Shown here piece by piece: positions 46,051-54,722 of a stretch of DNA of 64,000 bases. The notes under the pieces were generated by a model. That model did not search any database, was not told the DNA's origin, and saw only the letters and a program-made list of their open reading frames with translations. Positions within the stretch are counted from its first letter, which is position 1; each line of letters starts with the position of its first letter. Position numbers and translations under genes: made by a program. The DNA lies in contig JAGASL010000063.1 in assembly GCA_017621755.1 (NCBI GenBank), positions 12,265 to 76,264 of the forward strand, given 5' to 3'. Origin of the DNA: Clostridia bacterium. GTDB lineage: Bacteria; Bacillota; Clostridia; Oscillospirales; CAG-272.

Positions 46051-47045
46051 TCTGCCTTCTCCATCTTCTTCAGCAGATTTTCCGCGTATGCGAAAAATCC
46101 GGCATCGTTCGGATGCAGCTCCAGATCACCAAACAGCGCCTCATCGGGCGGCACAAGTGGCATGCCCTTGATCACGCGCACGGTGGGGTAGGGCTTACAG
46201 ACCGTCTCGATCATATCGGCCAGCTCTGCAAACGTGCCAAAGGGCGGCACGGCTTCGTGATTCTTACGCCAGATGGGTGTGACGGCATAGATCGGCACGC
46301 CGGGGTACTGCTTGACCAGATTTTCAAAAAATCCGGCAGCATTGGCAGTCAGCGTCGGGCGGTCTTGGTATCCCCAATCGTTTGTGCCGTAGGCAACCAA
46401 GATCATATCGGCATGCACACCGCTTGGTGCCGCGCTCATGGCAGGGTCAAAGATCGCGCCGCCCAGGCTCTTGTTATGCAACGCCATGCCCAGCGCATCG
46501 GCCACACGCATGGCGTAGGTGTTACGCGGATGTAGGGCATCATACCCCTGGGTGATCGAATCGCCGTAGGCGACCAGCGTTTTTTCACGCTTAACGGGAG
46601 TAACGTAGGTGGCTCCCATCACGGTCAGCTCAGAAAGCTCTGCTTGTACCGAATGCGGCAGCAGGATGCGTATCGTTTTTTCGCCCTCGCTGAGCGCCAT
46701 CTCCTCAGAAAAGCTGCCTAAGGGGTATACGCCCCAGGCGTAGTTGCCAACGGCATCCTCATCCTTCAGGTTGGAAAAAGAGGCGATCAGTCTATCGTTT
46801 TCTAAAATATCAAAGGCATAGTAGCTTCGCACACCGCTTTTTTCGGTGTTGCGACCGGCAATGCGCAGGGCGGTGCCGTCTGTCTGAAAGGACAGCTGCA
46901 CACCGGCAGGATAGTAGAGGTTTGGATTGTCGATCACAGCCGTCTCCTGCTCGGTAAAGCGCAGAAAGCGGGTATAGCCGTCTACCTCGATCACGTCAAA
47001 GGCACCTTGCGTGACCGCCTTGATCTGTTCTAAGCAAAGTTGCAT
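46047..47045 (-). CDS. SGNH hydrolase with N-terminal beta-sandwich (probable acetyl esterase)
   Basis: AYGDSITQG, AYGTNDW, LHPNDAGF. ATGA overlap with the GH43 gene. Confidence 0.75.
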   Translation of the reverse strand: MQLCLEQIKAVTQGAFDVIEVDGYTRFLRFTEQETAVIDNPNLYYPAGVQLSFQTDGTALRIAGRNTEKSGVRSYYAFDILENDRLIASFSNLKDEDAVGNYAWGVYPLGSFSEEMALSEGEKTIRILLPHSVQAELSELTVMGATYVTPVKREKTLVAYGDSITQGYDALHPRNTYAMRVADALGMALHNKSLGGAIFDPAMSAAPSGVHADMILVAYGTNDWGYQDRPTLTANAAGFFENLVKQYPGVPIYAVTPIWRKNHEAVPPFGTFAELADMIETVCKPYPTVRVIKGMPLVPPDEALFGDLELHPNDAGFFAYAENLLKKMEKAE

Positions 47046-47090
47046 CGTTTTTTCCTCCGTTGGTTCGGTGGGGACTTGGTGGTTGTGTTC

Positions 47091-47119
47091 ATTCTATCAT
47101 ATTTTGTTGGTGAAATCAA
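47091..47119 (-). promoter_or_regulatory. promoter of the SGNH-GH43 operon
   Basis: Minus strand: TTGATT (47119-47114), 17 nt, TAGAAT (47096-47091). Confidence 0.5.
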
Positions 47120-47180
47120 GACACGCGGGCCTTTTTATTTGAGGCAACGTCTCAACATCGTTCATTTGTGTCGCAAGTAG

Positions 47181-47345
47181 CAATGAAGTTCTCGGCGTTC
47201 TGCTTCAGATGAAATGAAATGTACCTTCATTGCCTGTTGCAAGACAGATTTCATCGCAAAGCGATTTCATCCACCGCAGGTGGATTTCTTCCGCCATCGG
47301 CGGATTTAGTTGAAAAAAGCACTTGCTTACGCAAGTGCTTTTTTC
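47181..47345. repeat. word-plus-hairpin array 1 (word ATTTCAT and its complement ATGAAAT) ending in a bidirectional terminator
   Basis: Hairpins at 47234-47247, 47255-47263, 47271-47283 and 47291-47303, each followed by ATTTCAT/ATTTCTT/ATTTAGTT. Tandem ATGAAATGAAATG at 47209-47221. Terminator at 47312-47345. Confidence 0.7.
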
Positions 47346-47431
47346 TGGCTGTTACGAACCATTTAGATGTCAAGTTAATGTTGGAGCATTACAAAGCAAA
47401 AGCTTCGTCTTTCATCCGTATAGGATAAACC

Positions 47432-48472
47432 TTACTCATTTTTATAATAATAAGCTACTGTTCTATAATGATCTTGTCTGAAAAAGTTAATGTAACCACT
47501 TAAATCGGAAGGTTCTCTTTTGTAAATGTGATGCACATCGCCGTCATCGTAAGTAGCAAGCAAAATGGGGGCTTTGTTATCTATAAGCGGTTTCACCTTA
47601 TCAAATAGACCACCGCCCATTGCTTGAAGTTCTACTTTAATATCCTCTTTAAAGAAGATAGGGTCATTCGTGTGAAAACGGTACATTGAAACAGAATTGC
47701 CAACACGACTTACACAACCTTGTGAAGCATTTATGAACTCACCGAGTTCCCAAGCCGAGCCGACGTAATCCTCCGCACCTGTACCGGCTAATGTTGGGTA
47801 TTTTTTGTCACCGTCAATAAATATTTTTACTTCGCCTTCGCCCCACCAAAGATCGCCGTATTTTTCATTGTTTGGGATAACGGCAATATTTGCTCCTAAA
47901 AATCTTCCCTCACCTTTTGTGTTTAAAATTTCTACGTTATCTTCTAATTCGTTTTCTAATTCATGAAAGGAAGCGAAAAAAAGCATATCGTCTTGTTGTA
48001 AAGTTTCCAATGTTAAGTTAATATCGTAAAAAAGGTTATTGATATATTTTCCTGTTTTGTTGTGAAGAACAATTTTTGCATGCTTTTTAAAGGGCATTGG
48101 AATAAAACAAGAAAAAGAACGGCCCTCTGCTGTAGAAAAAAATTGGTTTTCAAAGCTACGCATATAGCCAAGCCCCATACAAAAAAAGTCACCAATAGGA
48201 ACGTCAACTTGCGGTACAGGAGAATTATCCCAAAACATTTTAATATAAACGTTTTGTAAGGTGTGTATATCGCGGTCACTTAAGGTAATCCAAATTCTTC
48301 TAATAACGCCTTGACCGTCAAAGTCGCAAAGCACCTTTTCTTCGTCAATGTAAAAATGCTCCCATGCGTGTCCTTTAGCACCACCGTTTTCGGTTGCACC
48401 TTTGCCTTTTTCACCCTTTGGATTTTCAAAGTTTATCCAACGAGGTTCACTCTTTTTAAATTGATAAAACAT
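47432..48472 (-). CDS. DUF2961 / GH172-family glycoside hydrolase-like protein
   Basis: GVIRRIWITL, FWDN...VP.GDFF, and GAEDY patterns recalled for DUF2961. AT-rich relative to the flanks. Confidence 0.75.
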   Translation of the reverse strand: MFYQFKKSEPRWINFENPKGEKGKGATENGGAKGHAWEHFYIDEEKVLCDFDGQGVIRRIWITLSDRDIHTLQNVYIKMFWDNSPVPQVDVPIGDFFCMGLGYMRSFENQFFSTAEGRSFSCFIPMPFKKHAKIVLHNKTGKYINNLFYDINLTLETLQQDDMLFFASFHELENELEDNVEILNTKGEGRFLGANIAVIPNNEKYGDLWWGEGEVKIFIDGDKKYPTLAGTGAEDYVGSAWELGEFINASQGCVSRVGNSVSMYRFHTNDPIFFKEDIKVELQAMGGGLFDKVKPLIDNKAPILLATYDDGDVHHIYKREPSDLSGYINFFRQDHYRTVAYYYKNE

Positions 48473-48683
48473 ACCTATCCACCAAAATATAAGATTTGAG
48501 TTTTTACTATATTATATTATAAAAGCATTTATTTAGCAAGACACGAAACTTGTTTTTTCGGTTTGCATCAATTTAAACGGAGGTTTTTTTGATATTAGAG
48601 CCGCCAAGGCGGCGGCAAGGGGCACTTTTGTGTAGTAGAAATTGTAAATCGAGCAGGCTGACACAGCGGATGCGGCTCTCACC

Positions 48684-48716
48684 AAACAAAAAAGGCATCC
48701 TGCAAGCAGGTGCCTT
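48684..48716 (-). terminator. intrinsic terminator after the tRNA genes
   Basis: Minus strand: ggcacctgc-tt-gcaggatgcc followed by ttttttgtttgg. Confidence 0.6.
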
Positions 48717-48724
48717 TCTTTGCT

Positions 48725-48809
48725 TGGTGGGGGAAGATGGATTCGGACCATCGAAGTCAGTGACAACAGATTTACAGTCTGCCCCCTTTGGCCACTCGGG
48801 AATTCCCCC
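48725..48809 (-). tRNA. tRNA-Tyr (anticodon GTA), class II, CCA encoded
   Basis: Hand-folded. Acceptor GGGGGAA/TTCCCCC, anticodon loop CTGTAAA, long variable arm, T stem GATGG/CCATC, 3' ACCA. Confidence 0.88.
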
Positions 48810-48845
48810 ATATGAAAGTGAGAGCTCAGGCCGGTGAACTCTCAA

Positions 48846-48920
48846 TGGAGCTGGTGAACGGAGTCGAACCATCAACCTGCTGATTACAAATCAGCTGCTC
48901 TGCCATTGAGCCACACCAGC
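48846..48920 (-). tRNA. tRNA-Thr (anticodon TGT), CCA encoded
   Basis: Hand-folded. Acceptor GCTGGTG/CACCAGC, D stem GCTC/GAGC, anticodon stem GCTGA/TCAGC, loop TTTGTAA. Confidence 0.9.
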
Positions 48921-48943
48921 ATATCTGGCCTTCAACGAATGAT

Positions 48944-48972
48944 ATTATACCACGCCCTTTAGAAAATGTCAA
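48944..48972 (-). promoter_or_regulatory. promoter of the tRNA-Thr/tRNA-Tyr unit
   Basis: Minus strand: TTGACA (48972-48967), 17 nt, TATAAT (48949-48944). Confidence 0.65.
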
Positions 48973-49042
48973 GCCCTATTTTCAAAAAAATGAAAAAAAC
49001 TTTTCGCCGGGAGCAGGGAAAGCCCCCGGCGAAAAAGCGCTT

Positions 49043-50479
49043 TTAGGAAATAGAATATTTGTGCTCTACCTCGCTATTCAAAACGGCGCATACGTGCAGC
49101 GTATAGAGGAAGTAGATGCCGCACAGGGCAAATACGACCAGCCAAAACCAGCCGTACACCGGCAGGATCACACCGCCCATTACCTCGCCGGCACCGTCTG
49201 CTGCGCCCTGCTTATATCGTTCGGTAATGCGGCGCAGGAACACGTCTGCCGTGGTGGCAGCCGAAGCCAGGGTGCCAAGGGCGGCCATGATCACCGCCTT
49301 GCGGCAGAGAGCCTTGTGCAGGGGAAGATGGGAGGAATAGTTGTGAACGTTATCGGCCCGGTAGCCGGTCTCCTCACGAATCAGCGCACACAGCATGTAG
49401 CAGATTGCCGCACAAAGGGCACCGACCAGCACCGTCTCTAAGACCGAGAAGGTGGAAAGAGAGTTGTACAGCCCATCTGCCTCTATAATGCGGCCAAGAG
49501 CCTCGTAGCTGTAGTTCATAAAAAAGATGTGGCGCATGCAGTAGGTAGCCACTGATGCCGGCAGCGCGAGACAGGCAGCCACCAGCGCAACGCTTGCCTC
49601 GCGCCTGACCAGCGGGCGCAGCAGCAGGGCCGCTATGCCTAGCAGCAGGATGCCAACGGCATCTGGCAGGTAATTGATGCCATCTAACACCGCATCGATC
49701 ATAAAGAAGGAACCAAGCGAAAGACACCAGGTGGCATAGCGTACGCGCTTCATCCGTTCGCCACCCCGCAGGGGTAGACTCTCCTCTCGCAGGTCACCCA
49801 GCAGCTTCTCAAGCGCTTCATCCCGCCGCAGCGCGCGGCAAAGCGGTATAAAGCCAATGAGAAAGCCAATGCCAAAGCCCAGCCCAATCACAAAGGCAAA
49901 CAGTGTAAGCATAGGCCGGAAGGATGCGATATCCCGCCCGGTGGTGGTCACCGTGCCCAGCATATCGTAGCTGGAGAGCAGAGAAAACTCAGGCAGCACC
50001 GCTAAGATCAGCTTGGCGGGCAGGGCTATGTAGGCCGCCTGGCGTGCCCTGGCTAAGCAGGATGCCTGGCGGTACGAGGGGGTAGCTACGATCGAATCAA
50101 TGCCGTATCGCTCGGCTAAATAATCCATACCGGCAAACAGCTCGCGCAGGAAGGGGAAAAGCCAGATCAGCTCTACCACCGTAAAGGAGAAGCATACCAG
50201 CGTAAACATCACGCGCTGCCGCTCGTCTCCGGCGGCAAAGGCGCTTACCCAAAGAAAAGAGGGAGCCTTTAAGGCGGTGATAAGCAATAGCTTCTTTGCC
50301 TGCTGGATGGCACTATCAAAATGCGGCACCAGCGGTGCCACGCCGTGCAGGGCACCTATGATGCATAAGTAAGCGATAAAATCCGGCAGAACGTCCAACG
50401 TAGAGATAAAAGGGTTGGCGAGCAGAATGGCAGCTGCCAGCAAAAGCCCCGGCCGCAGAACGCGGGTGTGATGCTTCAT
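49043..50479 (-). CDS. polytopic membrane protein, unknown function
   Basis: 478 aa with many hydrophobic segments. LPDFIAYL and LPDAVGIL motifs. ATGA overlap with the upstream gene. Confidence 0.6.
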   Translation of the reverse strand: MKHHTRVLRPGLLLAAAILLANPFISTLDVLPDFIAYLCIIGALHGVAPLVPHFDSAIQQAKKLLLITALKAPSFLWVSAFAAGDERQRVMFTLVCFSFTVVELIWLFPFLRELFAGMDYLAERYGIDSIVATPSYRQASCLARARQAAYIALPAKLILAVLPEFSLLSSYDMLGTVTTTGRDIASFRPMLTLFAFVIGLGFGIGFLIGFIPLCRALRRDEALEKLLGDLREESLPLRGGERMKRVRYATWCLSLGSFFMIDAVLDGINYLPDAVGILLLGIAALLLRPLVRREASVALVAACLALPASVATYCMRHIFFMNYSYEALGRIIEADGLYNSLSTFSVLETVLVGALCAAICYMLCALIREETGYRADNVHNYSSHLPLHKALCRKAVIMAALGTLASAATTADVFLRRITERYKQGAADGAGEVMGGVILPVYGWFWLVVFALCGIYFLYTLHVCAVLNSEVEHKYSIS

Positions 50480-51210
50480 GATTTGGTACCCCCCTTGTCA
50501 TTCTTATGCCTTGCACGATATTTTTCCTCGCGCTTGCGATAAATATCGGCCAGCGCCTTCTTTTTTTCTTCCTGCGCCGCTTCCTCACGCTTGTCCATCT
50601 TTTCGTTCAGCTCGTCTAAAAATCCAATGCCGGTCTTTTTTCGCTTCATATCTAAGTCCTCCGGCATGCAGATCCACATATAGCAGGAATAGATCAGCAT
50701 GGCGTTCAGCACCGTGGCGATCAGGCGGCAAAGCAGCACCGGCACAAAGGCGTGCACGGTGGCCGCAATAAACCAATCAGCCCCGATAGGCAGGGAAAAG
50801 AAGATATAGGCGAGATAGGCAATGGCAGAAAACACCAGGTTGCGCCGCGCGCGGTAGACCAGCTTGGGCAGCCCGGTCTCCTTGGCCAGTGCGCAGATGC
50901 CGCAAAGCAGCCGCCAGGTAAACAGCAGAAGCGCCACCGGCATCATGATCGAAAGCGGCGTGTTGATGGCATCAAACTGCGCCTGGCGCAAGAGGCTAAG
51001 CATTCGCAAAAGCTCTAACACGAACGAGCAGAGAGAAAGCAGCAGCGTAGGCCACAGAAGGAGGTAGGCCTCCTTCAGCGGGCGGTTAAAGCGGCTAAGC
51101 GACAGCATGCCGCGCAGCATCAGCACCACGGCGATCGGCATGGTGAGTGCGCTGTAGACCAAAAAGTTCAGGCTGACAACGTAGCCCAAGAATAAATAAC
51201 CAAAGCCCAT
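50476..51210 (-). CDS. polytopic membrane protein with charged C-terminal tail, unknown function
   Basis: About six hydrophobic segments followed by a Lys/Glu-rich tail. The ATG at 51210 lies 2 nt after the secA TGA; TTG 51216 would overlap it. Confidence 0.6.
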   Translation of the reverse strand: MGFGYLFLGYVVSLNFLVYSALTMPIAVVLMLRGMLSLSRFNRPLKEAYLLLWPTLLLSLCSFVLELLRMLSLLRQAQFDAINTPLSIMMPVALLLFTWRLLCGICALAKETGLPKLVYRARRNLVFSAIAYLAYIFFSLPIGADWFIAATVHAFVPVLLCRLIATVLNAMLIYSCYMWICMPEDLDMKRKKTGIGFLDELNEKMDKREEAAQEEKKKALADIYRKREEKYRARHKNDKGGTKS

Positions 51211-51212
51211 GG

Positions 51213-53954
51213 TCAAGCCTCGCTCTTGCCGGCGCCGCAGCAGCGCTTGTAGCGCTTGCCGCTGCCGCAGGGGCAGGGGGAGTTGCGGCCGATCTGCACG
51301 CCGTTTGCGGTGCGCACCACCTTGCCGCGTGCCGGGGCATTCCCTTCGCCCGAGGTCTCTAAGGGATTGGCCGTCTGTACACGAACGACCTTTTCCTGCG
51401 GCACCACCGAAAGCAGGCGGCGTGCGGTGGTATCGCGAATGTCGGCCACCATCTCCTCAAACATCTGCATACCGCCAATGCGGTATTCGTTGACCGGGTT
51501 GCGCTGGGCATAGGCATTGAGTGAGATAGAATCACGCAAGTCATCCATGGCATCGATGTGGTCCATCCACTTTTCGTCAACCGTGCGCAGCAGCACGGCA
51601 CGCTCTACCTCGCGCATCTGCTCGGCACCAAAGAGCTCGTCCTTGCTTTGGTAGATCTCCAGCGCGCGGGCGATCAGCTCCTCGCGCATGGCGGCAATCT
51701 CCTTGTGCGAAAGGGCAGCGGCCTCCTCCTCGGTAAAGTGATAGGAATCCGGCCTGCAAAGCGTACCCATAAAGTGCTGGCGAAGCTCGTCAAAGCTGCG
51801 CTCGTCATCGGTGATAAAGGTATCAAAGGCCGCGCCTACCGATTCGGTGATCATGCCGGTCAGCGTGTTGCGCAGGTCGGCATCGTTCAGCACCTCGCCG
51901 CGTTGCTTGTAGATAATGTTACGCTGCTGGTTCATCACGTCATCATAGGTCAGCACGTTTTTACGGCGGGTGAAGTTAATGTTTTCGATCTTCTTCTGCG
52001 CGCCCTCAATGGTGCGGGTGATCAGCCCCATCTCCAGCTGCAGATCGCCGTTTTTATCGTTATTGATCAGGGAAAGAACGCTGGAATTGGCAAACAGCCG
52101 CATCAGATCGTCCTCAAACGAGATATAGAACTTGGATTCACCCGGGTCGCCCTGGCGGCCGGCACGGCCGCGCAGCTGGTTATCAATACGGCGGCTCTCA
52201 TGCCGCTCGGTGCCCAGAATATACAGGCCACCCGCCGCGCGAACGCGGTCAGCATCCGGCGCGATCTCCTCACGGCAGGCGCGCAACGTCTCGGCAAAGG
52301 CGCGGCGGGCCTGTAAAATCTCCTCGTCCTCTGTGGTGGCAGAGCTGATGGCAGCGGCGATCATCTCGGGGCTGTAGCCCTCCTCGCTCATGCGCTGCTT
52401 GGCCATATATTCGGCGTTGCCGCCCAGCATGATGTCGGTACCACGGCCGGCCATGTTGGTGGCGATGGTAACTGCGCCCCATTTGCCCGCCTGGGCAACG
52501 ATCTCTGCCTCGCGCTCGTGGAACTTGGCGTTCAGCACCACGTGGGGGATCCCCTCGCGGCGCAGCATGTTAGAAAGCTCCTCGGATTTATCAATGGCTA
52601 CCGTGCCTACCAGGACGGGCTGCCCCTTTTCGTGGCAGGTGCGGATCTGCTCTACGATCGCCTTCAGCTTCGCCTCACGGCGGAAGAATACGGCATCGTT
52701 CTGATCCTTGCGGATCATGGGCAGGTTGGTCGGCACCTCTACCACGTCAAGCGAATAGATCTCGCGGAACTCCTGATCCTCGGTCAAGGCCGTACCCGTC
52801 ATACCCGAGAGCTTTTTATACATACGGAAATAGTTCTGGAAGGTGATCGAGGCCAGCGTGCGGTTCTCGGCCGCTACCTTGACGTGCTCCTTGGCCTCAA
52901 TGGCCTGGTGCAGGCCATCGGAATAGCGGCGCCCCGGCATCAGGCGGCCGGTAAAGGCGTCTACGATAATGACCTGATCGTCCTTCACCACGTACTGCAC
53001 GTCGCGCTTCATCAAGCCGTAGGCGCGAATGGCCAGGTTGATGTGGTGCACGATGGTGGCGTTTTCGGGGTCAGAGAGGTTTTCGATATTGAAATATTCC
53101 TCCACGCGGCGAACGCCGTTCTTGGTTAAGAAGGCGGAATGTGCCTTCTCGTCTACCACGTAGTCCTCCTCGTACTGGTCGTTGGCCTTTTTATCATCCG
53201 TCTCGCGGATCACCTTTTTGCTCAGCCGGCGTGCCAGCACGTCTGCCTTTTCATAAAAATCGGTAGATTTGGTGCTGTTACCAGAAATGATCAGCGGCGT
53301 GCGCGCCTCGTCGATCAAAATCGAGTCTACCTCGTCCACAATGGCAAAGAAATGCCCGCGCTGCATCATCTGCGAGCGATAGATCACCATGTTATCACGC
53401 AGGTAGTCAAAGCCGAATTCGTTGTTGGTGCCGTAGGTAATGTCAGCCTGGTAGGCGGCACGCTTTTCTTCGGCCGGCTGGCGGGGAACCACCAGGCCGG
53501 TGGTCATACCAAGAAAGCTGTATACACGCCCCATCTCCTCACTGTCGCGGCGGGCAAGATAATCGTTCACCGTTACCACGTGCACGCCCTTACCCGGCAG
53601 GGCATTCAGGTAGGCGGGCAGGGTAGCCACCAGGGTCTTACCCTCGCCTGTCTTCATTTCGGCAATGCGCCCCTGGTGCAGCAAAATACCGCCCAGCAGC
53701 TGCACGTGAAAGGGCCGCTTGCCCAGCACGCGATGGTCTGCCTCGCGCACGGCGGCAAAGGCATCCGGCAGCAGGTCATCCAGCGTCTCGCCGGCGGCCA
53801 GGCGGGCGCGCAGCAGCGCGGTAGTGCCGCGCAGCTCCTCGTCGGTCTTTTCGGCATATACCGGGCCAAGCGCCTCGATCCTCTCTGCAATCGGCTCGAT
53901 TTTTTTGATCTGGCGCTGGCTGTATGTTCCAAACATCTTTTCGGTTAATTTCAT
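51213..53954 (-). CDS. secA: preprotein translocase ATPase SecA
   Basis: RPFHVQLLGG..LHQGRIAEMKTGEGKTLVATLPAYLNAL, DEVDSILIDEARTPLIISG, and C-terminal zinc motif CPCGSGKRYKRCCG. The N-terminus MKLTEKMFG aligns with the SecA consensus, so the start is 53954, not 54290. Confidence 0.92.
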   Translation of the reverse strand: MKLTEKMFGTYSQRQIKKIEPIAERIEALGPVYAEKTDEELRGTTALLRARLAAGETLDDLLPDAFAAVREADHRVLGKRPFHVQLLGGILLHQGRIAEMKTGEGKTLVATLPAYLNALPGKGVHVVTVNDYLARRDSEEMGRVYSFLGMTTGLVVPRQPAEEKRAAYQADITYGTNNEFGFDYLRDNMVIYRSQMMQRGHFFAIVDEVDSILIDEARTPLIISGNSTKSTDFYEKADVLARRLSKKVIRETDDKKANDQYEEDYVVDEKAHSAFLTKNGVRRVEEYFNIENLSDPENATIVHHINLAIRAYGLMKRDVQYVVKDDQVIIVDAFTGRLMPGRRYSDGLHQAIEAKEHVKVAAENRTLASITFQNYFRMYKKLSGMTGTALTEDQEFREIYSLDVVEVPTNLPMIRKDQNDAVFFRREAKLKAIVEQIRTCHEKGQPVLVGTVAIDKSEELSNMLRREGIPHVVLNAKFHEREAEIVAQAGKWGAVTIATNMAGRGTDIMLGGNAEYMAKQRMSEEGYSPEMIAAAISSATTEDEEILQARRAFAETLRACREEIAPDADRVRAAGGLYILGTERHESRRIDNQLRGRAGRQGDPGESKFYISFEDDLMRLFANSSVLSLINNDKNGDLQLEMGLITRTIEGAQKKIENINFTRRKNVLTYDDVMNQQRNIIYKQRGEVLNDADLRNTLTGMITESVGAAFDTFITDDERSFDELRQHFMGTLCRPDSYHFTEEEAAALSHKEIAAMREELIARALEIYQSKDELFGAEQMREVERAVLLRTVDEKWMDHIDAMDDLRDSISLNAYAQRNPVNEYRIGGMQMFEEMVADIRDTTARRLLSVVPQEKVVRVQTANPLETSGEGNAPARGKVVRTANGVQIGRNSPCPCGSGKRYKRCCGAGKSEA

Positions 53955-54155
53955 AGTATAGACGGTACCGGGGGTACCCCTCCTGTCTCTCTCCGCCGCG
54001 AAACCGGCAGAGCACATGTTATCTATTCTATTATACATGAAAGTAAGTACAAATACTATAATAATTTGTAAAATTTTTGTCTTTGTTACCGTTCTTGCTT
54101 GACGAAAGAGGCATTTGGGTGTAAAATAAAGCATCAAACGAATAAGGAACGCATC

Positions 54156-54653
54156 ATGCAAAAGATCAATATTGTTCTCTACCAACCCGAAATTCCGCAA
54201 AACACCGGCAACATCGCCCGCACCTGTGCCGCTACGGGGGCTGCCTTGCATCTCATTCGTCCGCTTGGCTTCGTGATCGATGACCGCCACCTGAAGCGTG
54301 CCGGGCTTGACTATTGGGATAAGTTAGATATCACCTATTACGAAAACGCCGATGAATTTTTTGAAAAGCACGGCGATCAGCCGCTTTATTGCTTCAGCAC
54401 CAAGGCGCCTCGCTCGTATACCGCCGTCACCTACCCGGATGAGGTGTGGCTGGTCTTTGGGCCGGAGAGTCGTGGCCTGCCGGAGGATATCATCCGTCGC
54501 TATGGCGAGCGGGCTGTGCGCATCCCTATGCGCCCCAACCTGCGCAGCCTCAATCTTTCCAATTCGGTTGCCGTAGCCGTATACGAGGTGCTGCGGCAGG
54601 GTGATTTTGCCGGCCTTTCGGATGTCGGCGCACCTACTACCTTTTCTTGGTAA
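54156..54653 (+). CDS. trmL: tRNA (cytidine/uridine-2'-O-)-methyltransferase TrmL (SpoU family)
   Basis: IVLYQPEIPQNTGNIARTC, LVFGPESRGLP, LNLSNSVAVAVYE. Confidence 0.85.
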   Translation: MQKINIVLYQPEIPQNTGNIARTCAATGAALHLIRPLGFVIDDRHLKRAGLDYWDKLDITYYENADEFFEKHGDQPLYCFSTKAPRSYTAVTYPDEVWLVFGPESRGLPEDIIRRYGERAVRIPMRPNLRSLNLSNSVAVAVYEVLRQGDFAGLSDVGAPTTFSW

Positions 54654-54722
54654 CTGTTTTCTTGTGCATATTCTGCCGCCTTTTGTGATAGGATAAAAGA
54701 AAAACAAAAAGCGGAGGCCACC

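Noticed and set aside
47181-47345. Whether the word-plus-hairpin arrays (also 58277-58447) are CRISPR arrays
   Set aside because: The repeated words are only 7-9 nt and the intervening units 9-18 nt. There is no leader and no cas genes in the window. The two halves are in mirror orientation, unlike CRISPR.
53955-54290. 112-aa N-terminal extension making SecA 1025 aa
   Set aside because: The extension runs through the AT-rich divergent promoter region and has no SecA similarity. MKLTEKMFG at 53954 aligns with the canonical SecA N-terminus.
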